DNA of 64,000 nucleotides, from contig OZ244034.1 in assembly GCA_965215185.1 (NCBI GenBank), forward strand, positions 2,464,001-2,528,000, in the 5' to 3' direction. A program made the position numbers and the translations under genes. This DNA comes from Acidimicrobiia bacterium (GTDB taxonomy: Bacteria; Actinomycetota; Acidimicrobiia; Spongiisociales; ZC4RG35). Under the pieces are notes generated by a model. The model worked only from the letters and a program-made list of their open reading frames with translations. It did no database searches and was not told the origin of the DNA. Positions 51,835-64,000 of the stretch are shown here, piece by piece. Position 1 is the first letter of the stretch. Every line of letters starts with the position of its first letter.

Positions 51835-52775
51835 GGCGATCCAATCAACGATGAGACTCGCTGAGCGGCCACAGTGGATTCCGCCCACTCGCTGATGCTG
51901 TCGGCCAGCACGCCATCTGATGCGAGTTGGGTCACGAATTGTTTTAGGAATTCGACAATTGCCGGGTCGTCACCTCGCGTGGTTATCCCCCATGTCGAGG
52001 TCCAAAGTGGCGAGTCGTCCCCACATCCACTAGGTTCAACCGTTAGCCCACGGTGATCTGAAGGGATTAGCGGAACGAGCGAGCTCACTATCACTGTCCG
52101 GTCCGCCACTCCTTCGACAACGGCGCGGATGGCCCCTTCGAGTGTTGGTTCGGTGACCTCCACTACTTCACCCGCGGCGGGGAGAAATTCTCTTCCTACT
52201 GGAGCGCCCGCCACCACTGCCAATCGGTCTTCACCGGAGGAAGATGGGTTCGACCCTCTGATCAGGCAATAGCCGACTTCTAGGACGGGGACCCACCCAT
52301 AGGATTTGTTCGCTGGCTCTTCGGTCACGAATATCAGCTGTACGACACCCTTGTCAAGGTCGTCAGGAATGTCCTCCCAACGTTGTACTTGGGCGATTAT
52401 GCCTCTGAAGCCTAGGCGCTCAGCCAACTCATTTGCCATATCCGGGAAAACACCCACGAGGTCACCAGGCCCGGGACGGACCATTGAATATGGGCTCGCC
52501 ATAGGTAGCCCGACTCGAAAGTACCCCTTGTAGATTGCATCTATGACAGTTGGGCTATCGATAAGCCCGGGCACGCGCTCATATGCTTCGGTCACCACGA
52601 ACCGTTCCGGCCTCACGGTCTGAGGTGGTTCAATATTGCATCCTGTAGCGACGAACGCCACGATGAGCCAAGCAAAATGAAGGCGATGCCTTCGCCATTG
52701 CCATGGACTCACCGCGACGCCGTAAATACGCCGACACCCCGGACCCGGGCTGGTGCACCCAGATCGTGTCGGCAC
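51831..52775 (-). CDS. Divergent family 3 substrate-binding lipoprotein
   Basis: Lipobox ATGC; partial similarity to the neighbouring binding protein; start uncertain. Confidence 0.65.
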   Translation of the reverse strand: MPTRSGCTSPGPGCRRIYGVAVSPWQWRRHRLHFAWLIVAFVATGCNIEPPQTVRPERFVVTEAYERVPGLIDSPTVIDAIYKGYFRVGLPMASPYSMVRPGPGDLVGVFPDMANELAERLGFRGIIAQVQRWEDIPDDLDKGVVQLIFVTEEPANKSYGWVPVLEVGYCLIRGSNPSSSGEDRLAVVAGAPVGREFLPAAGEVVEVTEPTLEGAIRAVVEGVADRTVIVSSLVPLIPSDHRGLTVEPSGCGDDSPLWTSTWGITTRGDDPAIVEFLKQFVTQLASDGVLADSISEWAESTVAAQRVSSLIGSP

Positions 52776-52787
52776 CGCATCGTTAAC

Positions 52788-53741
52788 TTACCCTTCGATG
52801 CCCAATCGAAGCTGTTCGGGTGCGTACCAGTAGGCGAGCAGATCGTCCCATGTTCCGTCTGCTTTCAGCTCCTCGACCGCCGCGCCAAACCACTCAAGCA
52901 TCACCGTGTCACCCTTGGGAACAGCCATACCCCAAGGCTGTCCCAATATCGGTGCTTCAAAGCAATCCTCGGGGATAACCTTGAGATTGGGATAAACCTC
53001 TATCTCTAGCGGGATGCTTATTGATCCCATCAAGGTCCCATCGATGCGTCCAGTCGACACCTCTTCAGCAAGACTCGTACGTGTGGACTGCATACTAACA
53101 AGATTGATGCTGGGAAAGTCTGACCTTATCATCGCCTCTTCAGCGATCCCTGCGATCTGCCCCAATCTAAGTTCAGGGTTTTCAGCAAAGGATTCCCAAG
53201 ATTGGACACGGTCGTCGTCAGCACGAGCAAGGACACAGAACCCGTACGAACCCAACAACTCGTAGTCAACCGACTCGGCGCGCTCGGGGCGGAAGGTGAG
53301 GCCGGTTACGATCATGTCGTACTTGCCGGTGGCGAGGCCAGGAACTATAGCGTCCCAGCCGGAACCTACCGTCCGATACCTGACGCCAAGTCTCTCGGCT
53401 AGGAGTACCGCAATCGATGGACCCAGGCCAACCCATTCGTTAATCGACGGGTCGATGATGCAGTGCGGGGTCGTTGGAGCACAGCCACCCACGAACTCGC
53501 CGTTGTTGTAGATCCGGTCGAGCGTTGCACTCTCACCCGGTGCCGGCACTCCGTCTGGCCGTTGACTAACCGCTTCGTCTTCACCACTCACGATTGTCGT
53601 AGTAGTGGTTGCTACTGTTGTTGTGGTTGCGTCGGAGGTCCCGTCACTGCTACAACCCGCTGCGAGAAGGGCGATGGCCAAGACGAGCGCCCCAACCATT
53701 ATAAAACTGTTCCGTAACTTTTCTCTACTCATTTGCCTCAC
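52788..53741 (-). CDS. Family 3 amino-acid substrate-binding lipoprotein
   Basis: Lipobox AAGC, WDAIVPGLATGKYD, RPERA, LKADGT. Confidence 0.9.
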   Translation of the reverse strand: MRQMSREKLRNSFIMVGALVLAIALLAAGCSSDGTSDATTTTVATTTTTIVSGEDEAVSQRPDGVPAPGESATLDRIYNNGEFVGGCAPTTPHCIIDPSINEWVGLGPSIAVLLAERLGVRYRTVGSGWDAIVPGLATGKYDMIVTGLTFRPERAESVDYELLGSYGFCVLARADDDRVQSWESFAENPELRLGQIAGIAEEAMIRSDFPSINLVSMQSTRTSLAEEVSTGRIDGTLMGSISIPLEIEVYPNLKVIPEDCFEAPILGQPWGMAVPKGDTVMLEWFGAAVEELKADGTWDDLLAYWYAPEQLRLGIEG

Positions 53742-53826
53742 CTTCGCTGGGTTGGTTCTATATGTGTTCTACCCGGACGCCATTTAGCATACACCTTGAT
53801 GGGGCGAACCGCAACCACACCAAACT

Positions 53827-55259
53827 GGCTCTTCGGAAATGAGGGGGGAGTAGGGGATCTGGCAGGGGGTTGGGAATCCACCAAAAGTGAGGAGGGGCCC
53901 TCCATAATCGGCTGTTGGAAAACGACATCCGAGGCAGGAGGACCCCTGTGGAGACTGATCCTACGCGCATGAGCGAGAAGTTGGTAGGCCTAGGCGACGT
54001 GGAGTTGGTCGGGATCGACGACCTGGGCGAGGGGGAACCCTTGGTGGTGGTGATCCGTTCCCGCATGGCCCGCCCCGCCTGTGAGGCATGTGGCGGATCG
54101 GTGTGGTCCAAGGGGTATCGCACCGCCCTGTTGGTGGATCTGCCGGCGTTCGGTCGGCCTGTTCGTCTGCGGTGGCGGAAACGTCGCTGGGCGTGTCCGA
54201 ACCCCGAGTGTGCGATCAGATCGTTCATCGAACAAGACCCCACGATTGGTCCCCAACGGGCGTTGTTGACCTCCCGGGCGGCGAGGTGGGTGACCGTCCA
54301 GGTCGGGCGGAGGGGTCGTTCGGTCGACGAAGTGGCCGCGGAACTGGGTTGTGATTGGCATACGGTGAACAACGAGGTGCGCCGCTGGGGCGAAGCACTC
54401 TTGGAAGCGGATGGCGACCGGGTAGGGACAGTCGAGGCTGTGGGAGTGGACGAGACGTTGTTCTGGCGGAAAGGCAGATGGCGGACCAAGCAGTGGTGCA
54501 CCTCGGTCGTTGATGTGGGAGGCCACCAACTGATCGACATAGTGCCTGGTAGAACAGCCAATAGTGCCGAAGAGTGGTTCCGGTCTCAGCCCTCCGAGTG
54601 GCTAGACGGGATCCGCTGGGCCGTGCTGGACATGTCAGGCCCATACCGCAAGGCCTACGACCGGGTCCTGCCCAACGCTTTGCAGGTAGCAGACCCATTT
54701 CATGTGATCCGGTTGGCCAACCAGCGACTCGACGAAGTACGCAGAAGAGTCCAGAACGAAACCCTCGGCCACCGAGGCCGCAAAGCTGACCCGCTCTATC
54801 GGATACGACGCCTCCTCACCGCCGCCCACGAACGCATCAGCGAACGGGGCCAGACACGGCTGCGTGGTCTCCTCGACGCCGGCGACCCCCACGGCGAAGT
54901 CCGCACCGCCTGGCACGCTAAGGAAACCGTCCGAGACATCTACGGGATCGACAAACCGGTCCTCGCGCTCCGATACACTCTCCAGCTCGCTGACGACCTC
55001 CAAGACCAGTCCTGCCCTCCCGAGATCAACAAACTGGGACGTACCATCGCCCGCTGGACACCCCAGATCACGAACTGGCACATCTCCAAGGTGACTAACG
55101 GACCCACCGAAGCGCTCAACAACCTGATCAAGAGAATCAAACGAGCAGCCTTCGGGTTCCGCAACTTCTCGAACTACCGAATCCGGGCCCTCCTCTACGC
55201 CGGGAAGCCCAACTGGGACCTACTCGCATCGGTCACTCCCCACTGAAATCCGATGAGCC
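53827..55259 (+). mobile_element. ISL3 family element, intact
   Basis: Ends GGCTCTTCGGAAAT and AAATCCGATGAGCC. Confidence 0.95.
53915..55246 (+). CDS. ISL3 transposase
   Basis: Zinc finger, [32 protein letters not shown]. Confidence 0.95.
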   Translation: MENDIRGRRTPVETDPTRMSEKLVGLGDVELVGIDDLGEGEPLVVVIRSRMARPACEACGGSVWSKGYRTALLVDLPAFGRPVRLRWRKRRWACPNPECAIRSFIEQDPTIGPQRALLTSRAARWVTVQVGRRGRSVDEVAAELGCDWHTVNNEVRRWGEALLEADGDRVGTVEAVGVDETLFWRKGRWRTKQWCTSVVDVGGHQLIDIVPGRTANSAEEWFRSQPSEWLDGIRWAVLDMSGPYRKAYDRVLPNALQVADPFHVIRLANQRLDEVRRRVQNETLGHRGRKADPLYRIRRLLTAAHERISERGQTRLRGLLDAGDPHGEVRTAWHAKETVRDIYGIDKPVLALRYTLQLADDLQDQSCPPEINKLGRTIARWTPQITNWHISKVTNGPTEALNNLIKRIKRAAFGFRNFSNYRIRALLYAGKPNWDLLASVTPH

Positions 55260-55610
55260 ACTTTAACACGGTTTAAGCCCAAGAGTGAACACTTTCGCTG
55301 ATCGTCATCAGCGATGGCCAACTGGCTGCCATGCCTAGACTCCCGCTTCCCCGAAGCAGTCGGCCTGGCCTGCAAACGCAAAGCGCCCCTCACCGACGCC
55401 AACCTCCTCATGGCCGCCCACCTGTCAGGAGAAGGGGCGAAAGCCGGGCAGAAAGACGCCGGCCGCCACCTGCAAACGCATCCTCAGCAGGTCGCCGCCC
55501 CTAACCCCACTAAACGAGAGCCAACTCCCAGGCGGACTCCCGATAGTGCTTGCCCGGGTATTCCGCCAGTGACAGGCCGTTAGCTCAATGTTGTTGCCGC
55601 CTGGCGGTGT

Positions 55611-57364
55611 TCAGCGACGACCGGGCGGAAGCCCCAACGCTCGCCGCGGTGTGTACTGGATTCCCAGGATCGAACAAATCGACTGAGCGATTTCTGGTCT
55701 GCTGCGGTGGGTGTTCAGGTAGTTCTGGGTGCGGAGCGACAATACCCTTCCAACGAAATCCGTCCGGCGCTCCGGGTAGAGAGCCTTCAACGAGTCGCGT
55801 TCGCTGGTTGTCAATTCTTCGGCGTTGTCCAGTTCGCAGAAGTAGCCGAGGATCTTGTAGGCGGGCGTGTTGTGGCGTGCCACGACCGAGTACACGGCTT
55901 CGCGGATGCCGGGGACGCTGACCGCATACACAGCTTGCTCAACGCAGATCACAGTCCACACAAACGAAAAAAAGGTCAATAGCCTTATGCACTCGTCGAG
56001 GGCTATGTCCGGCGATTCGGCCACAATACGCAACGCCAGTCTCCGTATTTCATCTTCGTCCTTCAACATCACATTCACGAGCCTGAACGAGCTTTCTGCT
56101 ATTACCTCTACGATCTCCTCCACCCGGTCCTTCTGGAGCCGCCCATGCTGGTTGCGGAGCACCTGTCCTAGACCGCGATCTCATCGGAGTCGTCGTCGCT
56201 GTGAGTGTTCTCAATGCGTTCTATTCGCTGGCGGGCTTCTGCACGTTCTTCTTCAACTGATTGCTCTGAGAGCACGCTTGTGGGGAGGGCCGACACGATG
56301 CTGTCGAATCTCGCTGTTTCCTCTTGGCATAGCGTCGCTACTTCAACGTCGTCACCTTCAGCCATGGTATACAGCAAAATCTCGTCGATGATGCTGTTGT
56401 CGGTCGCGTGATGGATGGCAAACAGCAGCGTCAGATGGTAGTCGCGCTTGTAACTGAGCTCAGCCAACTCTGGGAGGTGCTGTTCGCCCAGCGAAGAATC
56501 GGCGGCAAGCAGTTTCCCGAGGAAGTAGTAGTACATGTAAGCGGTCTTGAACTCCCCAGCTTCTGTCATGATGCCGTACTCCTTGTGCGTCAACCTGTTA
56601 GCGAGGGATGTTTCCATGAAATAGTTGGCACTGTATTGTTGTTTGAATGCGGCAAAGTCGACACCCGCGTCGCCCTGCTGTTTGGCGAGAAACGTGGCAA
56701 GTGCCAGCTGCTCGGCGAAGTTGAAACATGAGTTGATCGCTTCGTCGGTGTTCGCGATGCCGGCACGGCTGAGGCTGGCCACTATGAAGATGTAATAGCA
56801 GTGGCCGTAGGAAGTGATTGATATGGGGGCGGGCATCACGGTGTCGTAGATGTGGAGGACAGCGAGGATGTAGAAGGGGTATCGGGGTACTATCCGGTTC
56901 GAGATGATTACGGAGTTGACGTGGTTCTCCGCCTGGTCTACGAATCCGTCGGCTAGAGCGTCCTCTCGGTTCAAGGTGGCGAGCCGTTTCCTGATCAACG
57001 TCTCTTGTTGTGTGTGCGTAAATGGCTTCAGGCTGGCTATCTGGAAGCTCGCAGTGCGGACATCGTCCATCAAGAAGGCGTGGTATATGTCTGACGATGT
57101 GAACAGGTATATTCGGTCGAACTCTTCCAAGTGCTTTTCTATGAATGACAGCACTTGAGGGGTTTCGGTCATGTCATCGACAAGCAGAGTTTTGTTGTCC
57201 TGTTGTTTCCATAGGTCAAAGTCGCCTTGGAATTGGCTTTCGTATAGGTTCCGCAGAAAATTGCGGCCGAGTTGGCCGGCTGCCGTGTCCATGGTCACGA
57301 GCAGGACCGGCTCGTTCATGTCGATGAGCTTCCGGGCGACGTGTTTGGCGAGGGCCGTCTTGCC
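55611..57364 (-). pseudogene. STAND/NACHT-like P-loop NTPase, 5'-truncated and frameshifted near 56165
   Basis: GKTALAK, LLVDD, PFYIL, helical C-terminus continuing in another frame (LGQVLRNQHG). Confidence 0.7.
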
Positions 57365-57802
57365 AACAGGACCAAAGAAGGAAGGCCCCATAACGTTCCC
57401 CTCAGCGGACCGGTCCTGGCTGTCCTTGCTGACGCTTGGGAACGCACCGGCGGTGTCGGGTTGGTGTTCCCCTCCGCGACCGGACGGGCCATCTCCCCGA
57501 CCACGCTGCGCAAACTACTTCGTGCCCTGGGCGTGGATTTCACCCCGCATGGTCTGAGAGCCACCTATCGCACCTGGATGGCCGAACACGGCGTACCCGA
57601 CGAGGTGGCCGAGCTAGCTCTCGGCCACACCCATAAGAAGGTTCCACCCGGGATCGACCTGCTCGAGCAGCGAAGGGCCGTAGCCGAACGGTGGGGAGAC
57701 TACCTCACCGGGACCACTGGCCCCGACCAACCAAACCCACCCCCGTCCCAACACGACGACACCACTGACGATCCGAAAGAGAAAGGAAACAACAATGGCT
57801 AA
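57362..57802 (+). pseudogene. Tyrosine integrase C-terminal half lacking the catalytic Tyr
   Basis: TKEGRPHNVPL, LVFPS, HGLRATYRTW, LGHTHKKVPPGIDLLEQRR. Confidence 0.8.
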
Positions 57803-59021
57803 ATACCGACCCCAGCGCCTTACCCACTTATTTCTCAAAAAGAGGATCAAAGAGCCCGGGCGCTTCTCTGACGGCCCCGCCAGCAACGGCCTCTACGCCC
57901 TGGCCACACTGCAGCACGGCAAACTGGTCGTCTACTTCGATCAGAAGATCCGCATCCGCGAAAAGGTCACAACACTCAGGCTGGGCAAGTTTCCCGACAT
58001 GTCCCTCAAAGAGGCGCGTCGGAAGGCGGAGGAAAACGTCAGAGCCGTCGCAGAACGCCGAGACCCCCGCAAACCCTCGGACATCACCTTCAAGACAATC
58101 GCCATGGAATACATCGACTGGTGCGCTTTGGGGGGCACATGGAGTCCCGGAGGGCGGAGCCGCCAGACCTGGATAAACAGTCTCACCACCTATGCCTTCG
58201 CAGTCATAGGCCCAATGCACCCCCGGGATATAGCCAGCCTCCATATCTTCGAGATCCTAAAACCCATCTGGATCACCAAACACAAGACCGCCGTGGACCT
58301 CGGAGGCCGGATCAGCAAGATAATGAAATACGCCATAGCCCTGGGTCACTGCGACACCGATCCCGCCCAGATAGCCCTGGACGGTATGGTCCCCGTTCAC
58401 GTAGAAACCAAACACCGCAGATACATCCATTACAAGCATCTCGGAGAAGCCCTCAGGATCGTGGCAGCGTCCGACGCCGACCCCATCGCTGTCAACGCTC
58501 TCATCTTCGCGGCCCTCACCGGTGTCCGCAGCGGCGAACTCCGGAAAGCCACCCGGGACCAGTTCAACATCGAGGAGCGCAGGTGGCACATACCTGCGGC
58601 GAATGTCAAGAACCGCCGCGACCATTTCGTGCCACAATGCGACAGCGCCATAGCCGTGCTGGAGGACACCTTCGAACGCACAGGCCCCGACAGCGAATGG
58701 GTGTTCCCCGCGCCTCGGGGAGGGATGATGCACTCCGACAATCTCAAAAAACTCCTCCGGGATTGTGGACTCGATACAGACGTCCACGGGTTCAGATCAT
58801 CTTTCCGCACCTGGGCGGCCGAAAACAAAATCGACGACACAGCCGCGGAAGCCGTCCTCGCCCACAAAGAACCCAACCCCTACATCCGAACCACCCTATA
58901 CGAAGCCCGCATCGCTATCATGGATAAGTGGGCCAAATACCTCAACATCTGGCCGCTCCCCTCCAGAAAAGGGGAAAACACACCCCCCAATAGCCAAAAC
59001 CCAACCCTCGGTCGAAACTGA
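57795..59021 (+). CDS. P4-like tyrosine integrase (Arm, N and catalytic domains)
   Basis: PGRFSDG, LGKFPDMSLKEAR, TGVRSGE, K, HGFRSSFRTW, LAH...Y.R; adjacent to tRNA-Ala. Confidence 0.92.
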   Translation: MAKYRPQRLTHLFLKKRIKEPGRFSDGPASNGLYALATLQHGKLVVYFDQKIRIREKVTTLRLGKFPDMSLKEARRKAEENVRAVAERRDPRKPSDITFKTIAMEYIDWCALGGTWSPGGRSRQTWINSLTTYAFAVIGPMHPRDIASLHIFEILKPIWITKHKTAVDLGGRISKIMKYAIALGHCDTDPAQIALDGMVPVHVETKHRRYIHYKHLGEALRIVAASDADPIAVNALIFAALTGVRSGELRKATRDQFNIEERRWHIPAANVKNRRDHFVPQCDSAIAVLEDTFERTGPDSEWVFPAPRGGMMHSDNLKKLLRDCGLDTDVHGFRSSFRTWAAENKIDDTAAEAVLAHKEPNPYIRTTLYEARIAIMDKWAKYLNIWPLPSRKGENTPPNSQNPTLGRN

Positions 59022-59096
59022 CACCTAGAATGATACAACAACCAAACGGATCCCCGAAATATGCCTCCGACCAGGCCAAACATGGCGCGGGCAGTG

Positions 59097-59170
59097 TGGA
59101 GACGATGGGACTTGAACCCACGACCTCCTGCTTGCAAAGCAGGCGCTCTTCCAGGCTGAGCTACGTCCCC
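59097..59170 (-). tRNA. tRNA-Ala (TGC)
   Basis: Reverse complement GGGGACGTAGCTCAG...TTTGCAA...GTTCAAGTCCCATCGTCTCCA; G3:U70 pair. Confidence 0.95.
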
Positions 59171-59232
59171 CGGCAATACAAGACTACCTGGACCCAGGCC
59201 CTGCGCGTCTTGTGTAATATGCTGGCCGAGAA

Positions 59233-59307
59233 GGGCTCATAGCTCAGGTTGGTTAGAGCGCATCCCTGATAAGGATGAGGTCCCTGGTTCAAATCCAGGT
59301 GGGCCCA
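59233..59307 (+). tRNA. tRNA-Ile (GAT)
   Basis: GGGCTCATAGCTCAG...CTGATAA...GTTCAAATCC...GGGCCCA. Confidence 0.95.
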
Positions 59308-59543
59308 CCGAACTGGAACATCAAAACCGTCCCATTGCAGGCAGAACGGGTTGTTCTCCTTTTCGACTTACCCGCTTCTGCACCCCCATTCGCGGCCTGT
59401 GCTCCGCAAACGCCGCCTTAGCTTGCCCAGCCGGTCCGGCGGGCTGCCCCCTCGGTATTGATGAAAGGCTTGCACCATCTCGGATTTCTCCTGCTACGGG
59501 AGAATGCCCACGCACCAACTAACGCTAAAGGGGGGGACCCGCC

Positions 59544-60050
59544 TCAGCTTGTCTCCACCACCATGGTGGGCTGGTCGGGATCCATCGTCTCAGTTTGCCC
59601 CGGTGTTGAAAAAGGCCCAACCTGGGCGGGCTCGAAGGGAGGGGCGGCCACCATCACCGGAACCACGTTTTCCTCCAGTAGCACAATCTCAACCCCTCCT
59701 ACCACATCGGCCACCAGGTTGTACATGATCGCGGCCAAAGTGGTGAGTCCGCAGGACAACACAGCCCAAGCCACTGCCAGGATCGCCGAGAGGCGCACGA
59801 ATTGCTCGGTGTTGGAAAAAGGGGCTTCTCCTTCATCAAGCAGGGTGATCTGGATCAAGAAGTCGGTGATCTTTTGGGGGATTCCCGATCGTTCCACCAC
59901 TTCCCAGAACATCACCGAAGCCAGCATGAACGCGAAAGCAGCCACCAGATAGACGATGAAGGAGACTTTCAGAACGGTCCAGGGGTCTACCCGACGGACA
60001 ATTCTGCGAACGCGGTGAACCGAGTGGGTGGGCTGGGTGTTCAGCACCAT
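59544..60050 (-). CDS. DUF3566 membrane protein
   Basis: VRRVDPWTVLKVS, YNLVADVVGGVEI; downstream of gyrA. Confidence 0.88.
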   Translation of the reverse strand: MVLNTQPTHSVHRVRRIVRRVDPWTVLKVSFIVYLVAAFAFMLASVMFWEVVERSGIPQKITDFLIQITLLDEGEAPFSNTEQFVRLSAILAVAWAVLSCGLTTLAAIMYNLVADVVGGVEIVLLEENVVPVMVAAPPFEPAQVGPFSTPGQTETMDPDQPTMVVETS

Positions 60051-60092
60051 CGCAAGACTACCGGAAGGGCCCTCGGTTTGGCGGTGCCCGGA

Positions 60093-64000
<3,908 letters not shown>

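Larger units (their letters stand above)
25815..59105. mobile_element. Composite genomic island at the 3' end of tRNA-Ala (about 33 kb)
   Basis: 10-bp direct repeat GTGGAGACGA at 25815 and 59096 (tRNA-Ala 3' end); integrase next to the tRNA; pseudogenes, IS and TA modules are confined to this interval. Confidence 0.65.

Noticed and set aside
55499-55585. CTAAC...GTTAG as an integron attC site
   Set aside because: Poor internal symmetry, single copy, and no IntI-type integrase recognised
55260-55600. Short ORF 55314-55583 after ISL3
   Set aside because: No recognisable motif; probably a fragment that cannot be assigned
57365-57391. ATG at 57391 as the NTPase start (MGPSFFGPV)
   Set aside because: These codons are the antisense of the integrase remnant beyond the deletion junction

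Overview
High-GC actinobacterial chromosome segment. The style is Acidimicrobiia-like (inferred from mscR, crgA-trpG, DUF3566-gyrA and an SLH surface protein), close to the conserved gyrB-gyrA-tRNA-Ile/Ala locus. Bases 1-25.8 kb and 59.1-64 kb are intact core genes: MatB-like CoA ligase, tRNA-Phe/Asp, peptide ABC transporter, mscR, icmF, Cox/XdhC maturation genes, nhaA, fbaA, trpG/pabA, crgA, thiolase, gyrA and gyrB. About 25.8-59.1 kb appears to be a composite, decaying island at the 3' end of tRNA-Ala. It holds one intact P4-like integrase, four integrase remnants, a Cre-like recombinase, nested ISL3/IS256/IS3 elements, toxin-antitoxin modules and many gene fragments. Main candidates: (1) a four-gene set matching the bacterial coenzyme M biosynthesis pathway (xcbB/C/D/E-like), with two genes decapitated by one deletion; (2) an intact ISL3-bracketed catabolic operon (polar amino-acid ABC transporter with two binding proteins, EutA/maleate-isomerase-like protein, threonine aldolase, signal-less binding protein, atypical GGT-fold hydrolase) for an unknown substrate; (3) homologous island ends, a repeated 10-5-10 palindrome, and a Tyr-less integrase paralog coupled to the intact integrase. 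All family calls come from motif recognition by eye; no searches were run.
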